Origin: Octopus bimaculoides
Taxonomy: Eukaryota
Assembly (NCBI RefSeq): GCF_001194135.2
Contig: NC_068984.1
Span: forward strand, 127,452,478-127,516,477
Direction: 5' to 3'
DNA length: 64,000 bases
A program made the translations under genes and the position numbers. Below, one piece after another: positions 13,536-25,262 of this stretch (positions are counted from its first letter, which is position 1; every line of letters starts with the position of its first letter). The notes beneath the pieces are model-generated. The model was not told where the DNA came from. It made no database searches and saw nothing but the letters and a program-made list of their open reading frames with translations.

Positions 13536-13979
13536 AGAAGTAAAGCTAGCAATATTTGACAGAGGTGAAATGTGTTCGGTGACGCAAGTACAAAACATCA
13601 CTGAGACAGGATTCAATAGAAGTGTTGATTAAATGTAATTTTACAGTATATTTGAAAGAAGAATATTTTAGTGTTCACTATAACATCAATAACATTTTTA
13701 TTTATTCTTTTTACACAACATAAGTGTATATAATGCAATCTGTTATCTGCATTTCTCTCTAGGTAAATATATTGTATGAAATTTATTGTTTTTCAAATCA
13801 AGATGTTATAAATTAACATAGGAATGGTCTGATCAATAGGTTAATGCAGTCAGGAAAGGTGAATAACCATTTCTTATGAAAGCTAGTAACATAGTTTCTC
13901 TGCCAAAATTGTAGAAAAAGCAATATATACAGTCCAATTCAAAATAGTATGAGACCAACAGATATAAAAACAGGATAGC

Positions 13980-13980
<1 letters not shown>

Positions 13981-14020
<40 letters not shown>

Positions 14021-14249
14021 CGATAATAATAATGATCTTTTCAATTATAGGCACATGGCCTGAAATTTGGGGGAGGGGGATAGTCAAATACATCAACCCC
14101 AGTACTCAACTGGTACTTAATTTATCGAGCCCAAAAGGATGAAATGTGAAGTCGACCTCGGCAGAATTAGAACTCAGAACGTAAAGACAGATGAAATATC
14201 GCTAAGCATTTCACCCGGCGTGCTAACAATTCTGCCAGTGCATTGCCTT
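13981..14249 (-). mobile_element. SINE family 2 (V-domain-like), well preserved, with (ATT)n tail
   Basis: The minus strand reads GGCAGAATTGTTAGCACGCCGGGTGAAATGCTTAGCG...GTTCTGAGTTCTAATTCTGCCGAGGTCGACTTCAC..TTTCATCCTTTTGGGCTCGATAAATTAAGTACCAGTTGAG; the tail spans 13981-14035. Confidence 0.9.
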
Positions 14250-14469
14250 CCTCCTCCTCCTCCTCCTTCTACTACTATTATTAATAATAATAATGATAAT
14301 GATGATGATGGACTCTCTCAATAAAGACAACATATGAATGTTCAGATTTTGCCAAAATGACCTGCACAAATGATTTGTTTATTGTAATCAAATGTATAAG
14401 CTGTGCATTAGCTCACTCCCTCCATCAAATCAACGTTGCCTGAACTGGTGCACAGTGTACCACATGTCA

Positions 14470-14600
14470 AGTGTCAAAGTCATCATAGAGCAACATGAGA
14501 TGAAGTGTTTTGCTCAAGAACACAATGCATCACTTTGTCTAGGAATTAAAACCACGATCTCACAATTGTCAGAGCAACACCCTAACTACTAGGCCATCAA
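14470..14600 (-). mobile_element. Old partial copy of the 34801-35055 SINE family
   Basis: GAGCAACATGAGATGAAGTGTTTTGCTCAAGAACACAATGC...CCCTAACTACTAGGCCA aligns with 34935-35045. Confidence 0.75.
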
Positions 14601-16570
14601 ATCTTCTCAGTTTGACATTAGTAAACAAAAATGAAAATTATTTCAGAACTGTACTATTTTGAACACTTCAGATCTTTTTCTTGATGCTATATTACATTTA
14701 ACAGTTATATAATGAATTTAATTCGTTATAAATATGTCTAAAATCAATTGTTTCTTCATTTATCTCAGCAATGTCATGGACACTTGCTATTTTCTCCTGA
14801 CAACCCTATAGGAAAAATACTTCTAGTCACTGAGAACGGTGAGATATTTCAGGTTATATAAAAGGTAATTTCTTGTTTCCTTTCATTAGATATGTTGAAA
14901 ATGAGAATAACAACATAATTACACCTTAATATTTAAGACCTAGTGTGTAACTATTTAATCCCAGGTCTTCATTAATCACTATTAATCACCACAGCTAATA
15001 TCTTTAAATGTCTAGATAAATTTTTCACTCTGTATCAATGCCTATACTAAGTCTATATGAGTGCATACATCTCTAAGAAATTATCTTTATTGATAAAATT
15101 AAAGCTGTTAACATAATTATTGCATATAGTCTGATATTTGCTACAAAAGGCTGGATATGCAATTTTTATTTTAAAATAATAATAAAACTTGCATATATCA
15201 ATTAAACAGCTATAAAATACATTTAAATAAATATATCTCCAAACAAAATAAATACTGAATAAATTTTATTAAGTCCTTTTTGGTTATTTTTATATTTTAA
15301 TCTAACAAGAAAATGAATGGATTCATTTATCTTTTATTTGAATTACAAAACAACAAAACTACTTTATCGCTAAAAAAAAATCTATTAAAAAGCATTTGAT
15401 ATAATCTTGTATTTGCTACCAATAGTATGCTGGTTCTGTAATTTCCATTTAAAAATTACACTTATATGGCATAATATCCTTGCTAACACTCACCCAAATC
15501 TTCACTACTAAGTTGAAGTAGTAAATACTTTGGACAGTGGCTTAACATCTTAACTAGTCAGCTATCAGAACTCAATATGAATTAAAATGCAATAAATCAA
15601 AAAAATTATTTAAATTAGCTTTAAATGGTTTCACACAAAGTAGTATTTATAATGTCAGAGTAAAAAATCTAGTCAATAACTGTTTACTTGTAGTGTTTCT
15701 AGTTTAGAAATTTTTTTATTAAGCCTATGGAATATACAATGCAAAAATTGTAATATTAGACAAAAATGACCAACTTTGCAACCTAGACATTATTCCACTC
15801 TATCCTTAAAGTTATCAACAAATCATTACAAAAAATCTAATCTCCATCTGTTCCCCTTTTTGATCCAGTGCTCTTCCCCCTACTTCTGATGAATGGTAAA
15901 GCTACTAGGTAGAGAATTCTTCTTTATAAGATGAAACTATTTGCTCTTAAACTCCTCACACAGGCTGGTACATATTCAACAATCGGATAGTGATAGCTAA
16001 CTAGTGTCATTTTTCACCTACACAAGTAGGTGATGTATCTAATATGACACATTACCAAGATATCAATTCTAAGAACAAATGTTTCAACAAAAACCATTCT
16101 ATCTGTACTAGCAAACTAAAAACTGAACGTAAACAAGTATAAAAAACAAAAGAGTATGTACAAGTTAAATGAAAAACAAAATAAAGAGAAATGACTAGAA
16201 GCATAGACAGATATGTAACACAGAAAACACAAATAGATGTCTTTTAGCATCAACTTCATATTTCTTTACTGAATTCTAATTTCAGCAGTTTGTAAATATT
16301 CTGTTGGAGATGGCGAACAATATGTATTTGGTTGAATGTAAAATCACAATAGGTGAGAAAGCAAATGTTCAAAGTCAATAAACAGAAAACCTTCAATAAA
16401 TAGGTTATCAATAGAAATAATAATGAAGTTTAATGGATGTTTCTGTAATAGAATTTTGAAAATGTTTACAATAACAAACCCTTCTAAAACAGCCAGTTCC
16501 AACTCCATTACTTCTTCAATAACCAGAAGTTATCAAAAGTAAAATGTTTTTGAAATGTGTTATATGTTGA

Positions 16571-16878
16571 TTTTTACAAGAAATCAAAATGATTTTATGG
16601 TGTCTTGGGAAGGTCATTACACCAATAAACACATGCACTGATTCATATCACTATTGTTAGTTAGATATTTAACCAATTAACTAATTGATTGTTTGTTTAA
16701 TGTGTAGGCGTAGAAGTGGCTGTGTGGTAAGTAGCTTGCTTACCAACCACATGGTTCCAGGTTCAGTCCCACTGCGTGGCACCTTGGGCAAGTGTCTTCT
16801 ACTATAGCCTCAGGCCGACCAAAGCCTTGCGAGTGGATTTGGTAGACGGAAACTGAAAGAAGCCTGTCGTATATATGT

Positions 16879-16909
<31 letters not shown>

Positions 16910-17545
16910 CGTTTGTGTGTCTGTATTTGTTCCCCCCAACATCACTTGATAACTGGTGCTGATGTGTTTACCTCCCCGTAACGTAGCGGTTCGGCAAAAG
17001 AGACCAATAGAATAAGTACTAGGCTTCCAAAGAATAAGTCCTGGGGTCGATTTGCTCGACTAAAGGCGGTGCTCCAGCATGGCCACAGTCAAATGACTGA
17101 AACAAGTAAAAGAGTGAAAGAGTAAAGAGTAGGTTAAACAGTCAAGTGGTTGTTAGTCAAAGTCTTTTCGTTGCTATTCGTGACCACACCAACGACATGT
17201 CCTCTCTCCTCAAAGTCTACCTTGAAAGTGCCTGAGAATTAATCTTACGTCTGTGTGTATGTATGCTTGTATGTGGGGCAGTTTACAAGAGAAGAGAAGG
17301 GTGAAAATAAACAAAGAGTATATGTGTGCATGCACATGTGTACGTGCATGTGTGTACACTCATGTGCTTGCCTGTTTGTGTGTTTGTGAGTGTGTGTGCA
17401 TTGGTCATCTGTGACCTCTTTGAGGGTACAGCCTTTTGTTCAAGGTCAGTTCAGTCTCAGATCTGTTGGGATTTGCTTGACAAGTTTATGGGTTAGTTCC
17501 TTATGTGGGAAGGAGGAAAGGTGAGGAGAGAACAGGGTGTGTGTG

Positions 17546-17584
<39 letters not shown>

Positions 17585-18506
17585 ATGCGCAAGAGTATGT
17601 ATGATCTATTGTGTGCATTTGTGAGGTTGAGTCAGTTTTGTGAGTGAATGTATATGGTCATATGCACGTGTGCAAATGTGTGAATGTTTACTTATGTGTA
17701 TGTCTTCTAGTGTGTGTGCGCGTGTGTGTCTGTGTGTGAGTGCATGCAGTGTAGCTGGGTTTGTTTTTAATAAGCAAGCATCTTTGTGTAGGCCTGTGTG
17801 CATGCATTCTTATGTGTGTGTTCCAACAGGTATGTGTGTCTACACATGATGTGTTCTTGTGCATCTGTGCATGTTTATGTGTGTATGTGTGTACATGTGG
17901 TGTGTGTGTGCGTGGACATGTGTAGTGGTTGTGTGTTCTTGTGTTCTTAATTGTATGAGTTTATGTATGCATGTGTATGCACATGGCTGTGTATGGTTGC
18001 GTAAAAGGAAGGTTTGTAATTACATGTATTCATTTGTATGGATTTCCTTGCACCCTACTGTCATTCTAACCTATCCTATATAATATATATATACCTACCT
18101 ACACCTGCACACACATGCCCTCCCACACACACACATGTATATATGTTGTGTGGATAGTGGCAGTGCCATTGTGGTTCTACTATCTACTATGTATATTTTC
18201 TATTCAGTATTGGCAATGTCTCATTTATGAAAACAGATTCATGAATCTCTTGTAACAACAGATATATTGATGAGGTCACGAATAGCGATGAAAGGACTTT
18301 GATAAACAAACAACTAAGAGATTGCTTAACCAACACATTAAACAAATGATCAATTAATTAGTTGGTTAGATATTTAACTGATTGACTAACAATAAAAAAG
18401 TGACATTGAACTTGTCTTTATTTTTTAATTATTGCTGTAATGACCCTCTCATGACGCAACAAGTTTTTTTTAACACACAAATTCACATCAACAATCTTGC
18501 AAAAAT
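16571..18506. repeat. Long imperfect inverted-repeat pair (left arm ~16571-17185 interrupted by a SINE; right arm ~18274-18506) around a TG-rich core
   Basis: Left GGAAGGTCATTACACCAATAA...TTAGATATTTAACCAATTAACTAATTGATTGTTTGTTTAATGTGT|AGGTTAAAC...GTTGCTATTCGTGACC is the reverse complement of right GGTCACGAATAGCGATG...CAACACATTAAACAAATGATCAATTAATTAGTTGGTTAGATATTTAAC...TGTAATGACCCTC. Confidence 0.8.
16707..17128 (+). mobile_element. Full-length tRNA-derived SINE family 1 (CORE-like segment, central TA/TG microsatellite, AAAGAGT tail)
   Basis: Box A-like TGGCTGTGTGG, box B-like GGTTCAGTCCC and CACCTTGGGCAAGTGTCTT; flanked by a GTAGG direct repeat (16704-16708, 17129-17133). Confidence 0.92.
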
Positions 18507-18692
18507 GTAGTAAAATAATTTTAAATATATAACTATTCATTAGTTAGTCCTAGATAAGCCAGGTTTTAAAATATATAAGCATCATACTTGTAATTATCAT
18601 ATTTTACCACTTAACTACTCTGTGAAGATGTCACAAGAGCTGAGAAAAATAACAAGCTCACTTAGTTGCAAAGTTTTCAGTTCAGACCTTAC

Positions 18693-18748
18693 CATTGACA
18701 TATTTTCTATCCTTGAGAAAGGGACAGATGAACCTTCTGATTCTGATC
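18693..18748 (-). CDS. Candidate 56-nt internal exon of an unidentified host gene
   Basis: Pyrimidine tract and GCTAAC then CAG|...ATG|GTAAGG. Two frames are open (SESEGSSVPFSRIENMSM or IRIRRFICPFLKDRKYVN). No homology recognised. Confidence 0.25.
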
Positions 18749-20054
18749 CTGCCAGTTGTTAGCAAAAGCAAACAATAGGAAGAATGATTTGATGGTGAAA
18801 TGAAAATGTAGCAGGAAAATAACTACTTTGGAAATCTACATTTTTAAGATTAATATCTTGTCCACATGCAAGAATAGTTTACTGAGTCTTCAGGTCAGAC
18901 AAAGAAAGAATAAAGAAATTAAGATTGACAAATTGAACCACTGAAATGCTGTATTGGTTGAATTAGCACTAATATCAAAACTAATACAATAATTTGCACA
19001 TGCCAATGCTATAGCACTTAGTCCTCAGTATAATCAAAATTTAGCCACAGAAAATACTGGAAACCAATAAATCTTAAAATGCAACAAATTTTAAATAAGC
19101 CACTGTTAGCAACAGACTGTTTGTATTTTATCAAATTTCTGGAATTATCAAGCTTAAGTTATTTTAGCAAGGTATGTCATTGAAATATGTCAGATGAGGA
19201 TAGAGTACGTCCATAAAATATACAATAATAGATTAGTGTAGTTTTGAATGGACACAAATAATTAAATGATCGAAATAGATTTATTATATGCCACACATAA
19301 TGGCAGCAATAACTAAATAATGCCATTAGGCTACTTTGAATCCTTCAAATCCATTATAACATTTACTAAAGACTGTTAACAAAGTAAAAAGCACATTCAG
19401 TGGAATGTGAACACATAAAAGCTGTATAGACCATTAAAGTACATAACAAAAGGGCAACTGCTCACAGAATTTTAAAGAGCAAGAAATTCACCTACAAAAT
19501 CAATTTCCAGTCTTAAATAGCACAATAAACAACTATCGGAAGAATCAGAACTGAATAAACCCATAAATGTCATTAGCAGATTCAAACAAATTCCATAAGT
19601 TGACATTAAAACTCCATTTGAAGAAATGGCTAAATTACAAGAATGGAATTGGACTATCACTGCCATTCAGAATTACATTACTTTTAGTCTTCTTCTTGGT
19701 GACAAAGGAAATCTTCAAGTAAGCATTACCAAAATGAATTCATTTAATGTACAGTTCAGTAATAAGTAATAGAACCACTAAAATCTGAATAAGAATTTGC
19801 TGTTAATCTACTGTCATCAAACAACTATCCAAAACTGCTAAACTTAAGAGTAATGTAGGCAATTTTTCACACACACAACTAATTACTAAGTATTTACTTC
19901 TTTTTTTTTTTTGTATCAGAATCTATGAAAAATAGTAGCATCATCGATAGATTTCAAAAGGACTAATTACTGGCTCACGTCATTTCTGAATGATAAAAGA
20001 GGAGTTATCAAACACAGTGTATCTCATCCAGTTTTTTTTTTTTAATATTCTGGA

Positions 20055-21600
20055 CATCATCATCATTGCTATCACCATTCTACACCCGTTTTTCCATGCA
20101 GCTTATCACTTGTTGTAGCCTGTTATCATCTTCATGAAGTTCAATCTTTCAAGATCACTTTTCACCACTTTTTACCACATCTTCCTCTGTAGGTTCCTTT
20201 CATTTTTAATGCTTGGAAATTCTTTATCCAACTGTAATCTTCCAAATGCATCACCTGACCATACCAATACAGTCTTCTCTCTTAAATACTACATCTGGGT
20301 CCTCTTATACTCAGTTTTTCTCTCAGAACATTGTTCATATACACTAACATTACACATCCAGCAGAGAATGTGAACCTCATTTCTTTTCAGCTTTTAAAAA
20401 AATCATCTGGATACAATCTGGTCCTCACTCAGAGAGAGAATCTTTTTGTTGCCAGCAGAAGTAGCAACTCTCATGACTATTTTCATGACACCTTTACTCT
20501 AGCTTCTATGTTTTCAGAACATCTATTACAAATTAGAACATCTAGGTAATAGAAGCTATCAATAAATTATAGGGAACTCTGAGCATTTGAAGGAATAATT
20601 CATAGTTGCTCTTAGTGCTAAGTATCCTTTTGCACATATTACATACAAATCCCTTCTCTGTCAGCCTTCATGTGATCTCATTGAATCTCTTGTGCATCCA
20701 TAGTTTAAATTGGTACATAGCATGGAATACCAGCCCAGTATTATTTTATATATCAAGCATAGCCACTTCCTAGATGACAACAGAGTTGCCTGATTTCTTT
20801 CTTGATAACTGAAATTTCTAACTTTGAAATATTTACCATAAAACCTTTCAGTTCTAGGTTTTGCTTAAGCTTTTGGAATTTCTTCTCTAATTTTTCAGTA
20901 GATTCAGGTATGAATGAGAACTAGACTGTCAGCATACAGATGTTCCTATGCACAAATGGTCTTAAGCTCCTGTCATGGCCTAGAACATTAAATAAGCAGG
21001 ATGGAGATAAAGGCTGAGTTTTAAAAAGAGAGCTACTTCTGTGCTAAATTTCTCGCTGAACTTGATGAATTGCTTATGAGGAGTGATGTTGTTAAGGAGG
21101 TGATATCAAAAAATTTTATGGCAACTACAAAACTACAGAGTATGATACCTTGTCCAAGATCATTTCTAGGTCAACAAATGCTCAAAACTTCTGTAAAAGA
21201 CTCACTGGGTAGTGTCCTTTAGAAACTCCTAGTTTTTTTTCTGTTATTAGTCTCTATCTCCTCTTCCTTCTGAAAATATGTGTCACATAGTAATTTTTTG
21301 AACTTACATCTGACCGAAGAATCTTTCAGCTTCCACATGCTCCTTTTACAGATTATCTTATGATCCTGGATTTTCCTAGCTTTTACTCTGTCAATCATCA
21401 CTTGTCTATGTTCATCAAAGAAAAACTTAGTATTCCTAACCATCTCTCTATCTCATTTCCTGGTGAGTAAGAAGAGTGTCTACCTTGTGTGTTCATCTGA
21501 GAGCTAAGTGATGAGGTGGTTGGTCAGTTTTCTTAAATTAATGTTATAAATAGTAAGGTCACTTGCATCAAGAAACACCAAAAACCTTGAGCCCTTTTCC
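20055..21600 (-). mobile_element. Decayed, internally deleted RTE-clade LINE (endonuclease end to RT C-terminus and ATG tail)
   Basis: The minus strand gives EHRQVMIDRVKARKIQ...RSMWKLKD (post-endonuclease region) at 21219-21443 and WYGQVMH...GT.RGR..KKW (RT C-terminus) near 20150-20270. An (ATG)n-type tail lies near 20055-20070. Confidence 0.65.
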
Positions 21601-21726
21601 TTTTGTTTAGTATAGTCTACATGTAAATCAGACTATTTACTGATGGGCTTCCTCACAGTTTCACTAATTGGATTCAATTCATTTAGTCAAACCAGGGCTA
21701 CGGAAAAAAAAAAATTCATGAGAGCA

Positions 21727-21771
<45 letters not shown>

Positions 21772-22876
21772 CAAGACACTCATATATGTGTTTATATTAT
21801 GGTAGCTATATAAATTAAACTCATACAATAGATTCTGTTTGAACAGATATGTGAGAGGGTACAAGCAGCCATTAGTAAGATATCTGCCAAGAGACACTAA
21901 TAGCTACTTATGTGAAAGCATGGCATGAATTTAATTATATAGCTATTGTAAACATAGTTATGACTAGCAGAAAGAATAATGAGATGTGTTTTCTTTGGTT
22001 CACCAAATTAGTAGTACAGAAAAGAAGAAAATAATAATTCAATTTAATAATCAAATTATTATTTTGCTTTTGTAAGTACACAATATTCTAAATTCTAAAT
22101 ATTCAATATTTGATAAACATACACTTCTTTCTAGCTCGTTAGCATAAAAATATAAATATTTTCCTTTTTCTGCTACCATGAAATTAATAATCTTTAAAGT
22201 CACAAATGTGTTACATTAGCATTTAAAAAAATCCTTAAACACAAACATCACAGAGATACTATATTTATCTGAGAACAAGCACTTTTACACAGTTTATATT
22301 TATATATAGCATTGTGCTATATTTCTTTCTTAAACACAATAAGGTTAATATGAACACAAGTAATTGCCGAAATTGGTTCCAAAAAGACAAATGCATTAAT
22401 GAATGAATGAGCTTTATGAAAGTTTTTCAAACAATCCATCAACTTTTATTTTTGCCATAGACCAAACACAAATAAAGCTTCAGTAAAAAAAGTGCAAAAT
22501 GTTTTTTCTGGACAAAAACTACACTTGGAAGCTCAAGAAAATGTTCTCTTCATGCAGTGAAGTAACAACTGAATCTGCCACAATTATAATTTTATGAGTA
22601 GAAATTTCAGTAGAAATGGCATTTTATTCACCATTTTTAAAATCCCCCACAAATACCACCAACGTATATTGATTATACAGAAGATGCAAATATACCTGTT
22701 GAATCTAATAATCATAGATACAAAGATAATATCTATCATTGAGCCCACTGCAAACTTAAGACTAAAGAAGATGGAAAACTAGGCAAATACACTACACAAA
22801 AGAGGACATAGTCTTTTAATAGAACCATGAGTAACAATAGCAATTGTAGAAAAATATATATTTATTTTATATATAT

Positions 22877-23000
22877 GTAGGTACAGGCATGGTTATGTGG
22901 TAAGAAGCTTCCTTCTCAACCATATAGTTCTGGGTAGACTCAGTCCAACCAAAGCCTTGTGAGTGAAAACTGAAAGAAGCCCATTTTGCATATATATATA
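22877..23000 (+). mobile_element. Partial SINE family 1 (5' part, internally deleted)
   Basis: GTAGGTACAGGCATGGTTATGTGGTAAGAAGCTT...CCAAAGCCTTGTGAGTG..AACTGAAAGAAGCCC. Confidence 0.75.
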
Positions 23001-23009
23001 TATTTATTC

Positions 23010-23225
23010 AATGACCTCACAAGTGCTGGGGCCATGTAAAAAGCACCCAGAACACACTGTAAAGTGATTGGTATTAGGAAAGGCATCCAGCTGTAGAAAC
23101 CATGCCAAAGCAAACACTGGAGTTTGGTACAGTCTTCTGCTCATCAGCTCAAGTCAAACCATCCAACCTATGTCTGCACGGAAAATTAATGTTAAATGAT
23201 AATAATGATGCTGGTGATGATGACA
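23010..23225 (+). mobile_element. Old RTE-type 3' end
   Basis: CATGTAAAAAGCACC...TTAGGAAAGGCATCCAGCTGTAGAAACC...CCATCCAACC...GTTAAATGAT with an ATG-rich tail. Confidence 0.75.
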
Positions 23226-23507
23226 CCCACATATTGCAATGTTACAACAAACAAAAGTTATATGCGTAACAGAAAAATGACTCACTCTTAAGAAAAAGTA
23301 CAAGAGAAATAGCAACTACCTTGCCACCATTGATTCTTATGCACAACAGAGTTGTATCTGTATGTGTAAAAGATAACATTAGCAAATAACTCCAGCACCA
23401 TCTGACACTGAATATGTATGTCCTACTACTACGATACATATATGTATATGGGTGTAAATATGTGTACATTTATGAGTGTAAATATGTGTATATGTGTATA
23501 AGTATAC

Positions 23508-23545
<38 letters not shown>

Positions 23546-23950
23546 TTATGTGTTCATGTGTGCATGCACATGTTTGTGTGTACAACTATGTGTGTGAATA
23601 TACAGATGTGAATCTGTATGTGAGAGACTGAGAGACAGAAAGAGAAAAACCAGAAATGTGTAGACAAATTCATTATTTCCTTGCAAGATAATAAAAGGAA
23701 TACAGGGTCATAAAGTGCAACTTGATGAAACAAGCGACAAGAAGTTTCATGCATGCATGCACACGCAAGCATACACAGTCTGCTCACATAGACACTCAGC
23801 AAAAGCCAAACAAAAGAAAATCAAAACCCAAAGAAGCACACGTATACAAACCCATACATACCATCATACATACACACGCTAAAAGTGTAAATACAGTACT
23901 GAGTTTGGCTACGTGACAGACTTGGAGTAATAAGGGTATGCCATTGAGAA

Positions 23951-24170
23951 GGTAACGAGTGGCATCAAAAGGACTCTCAAAAACCACCTGTCTGATTAAA
24001 CAATTAATCAAGCAATTGATTAGTTAATTGGTTAATTAGTTAACAAATAACAGTAATAGTAATCAATGAAATAGTACCAGTGAGTGTATGTGTGTATTTT
24101 TATTGGTAAAAGTTACCTTTCCAAAACACATGCTTCAACAAATGATTTCACATCTAGAATCTTGTAAAAG
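23951..24170 (+). repeat. Third copy of the 16571-18506 arm sequence
   Basis: CAATTGATTAGTTAATTGGTTAATTAGTTAAC...ATTTCACATCTAGAATCTTGTAAAA matches the right arm; a short fourth fragment is at ~24640-24685. Confidence 0.65.
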
Positions 24171-24697
24171 AATTACATGTGTGTGTGTCTGTGTGTGTGT
24201 GTGTATGTACATACACACATACATACATGCTGATGAGAGAGAGAGACAAACACATACATACAAACATCAACTAAGTTTATTGATCCCATTTCTCAACATT
24301 ACACTATATTCTTTTCCTTTGATTCTCAACCACCAGTTAATAGTGACTAGATAACCTGAAGAGACAAGATACAAGAAATATATAATCCTGATCTTAATGA
24401 TAGCATTCAAAATGTTAACTCTTTTATTCGGCTGAAAATTCAAACATTATCTTCGATAAAGTTAGATTTGATAATAACTGAAAACAGATACCTCAGTATT
24501 ACTCTCCCTCTCTTCATTTTAAGCTTACTTTTATATTTTTCTGATATATAGATATGTCTTTTGCCAAATAAATGCACGTGCATTTATTTGGCAAAAAAAA
24601 GAAAAAAAAGAAAATTACCATCCCAAAATATAACAATATCTATTTCAAGACACAATTTCACATCAAGAATCTTGCAAAATATTTAAAGATATATATA

Positions 24698-25030
24698 TCG
24701 TCGTCGTCGTTTAACGTCCGCTTTCCATGCTAGCATGGGTTGGACGATTTGACTGAGGAATGGTGAAACCAGATGGCTACACCAGGCTCCAATCTGATTT
24801 GGCAGAGTTTCTACAGCTGGATGCCCTTCCTAACGCCAACCACTCAGAGAGTGTAGTGGGTGCTTTTACGTGTCACCCGCACGAAGGCCAGTCAGGCGGT
24901 ACTGGCAACGGCCACGCTCAAAATGGTGCATTTCATGTGCCACCCGCACAAAAAAAAAAAAAAAAGGTTTCATGTGTCGCCCGCACATGAGCCAGTCCAG
25001 GGGAACCAGCAACGGTCTCGATCGAAAAAT
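24698..25030 (-). mobile_element. Young RTE-tail retroposon copy A (modular 3' region)
   Basis: GTTTAACGTCCGCTTTCCATGCTAGCATGGGTTGGACGATTTGACTGAGGA...GGATGCCCTTCCTAACGCCAACCACTCAGAGAGTGTAGTGGGTGCTTTTACGTG is near-identical to copies at 29891, 54775 and 58812. The tail here is (TCG)n. Confidence 0.9.
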
Positions 25031-25044
25031 TTCATATATATATA

Positions 25045-25260
25045 GTCTTTTATTTGTTTCAGTCATTTGACTGCAGTCATGCTGGAGCATCGCCTTTAGT
25101 CGAACAAATCAACCCCAGGACTTATTCTTTGTAAGCCTAGTACTTATCTTATTGGTTTCTTTTGCCAAACTGCTAAGTTACAGGGATGTAACCACACCAA
25201 CATTAGTTGTCAAACAATGGTGGGGGGACAACACAGACACACAAACATATACATTATATA
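25045..25260 (-). mobile_element. SINE family 1, 3' half
   Basis: Reverse complement of the 16900-17110 segment (GTTTCAGTCATTTGACTG...GCTGGAGCATCGCCTTTAGTCGAACAAATC..CCCCAGGACTTATTCTTTG). It ends at the central TA run, where the Tc1 element sits. Confidence 0.88.
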
Positions 25261-25262
25261 AT

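Noticed and set aside
16286-16352. Plus-strand AG...GT bounded open segment (QFVNILLEMANNMYLVECKITI); a similar one at 36751-36794
   Set aside because: Such segments are expected by chance in AT-rich DNA, their phases do not chain into a coherent model, and there is no homology.
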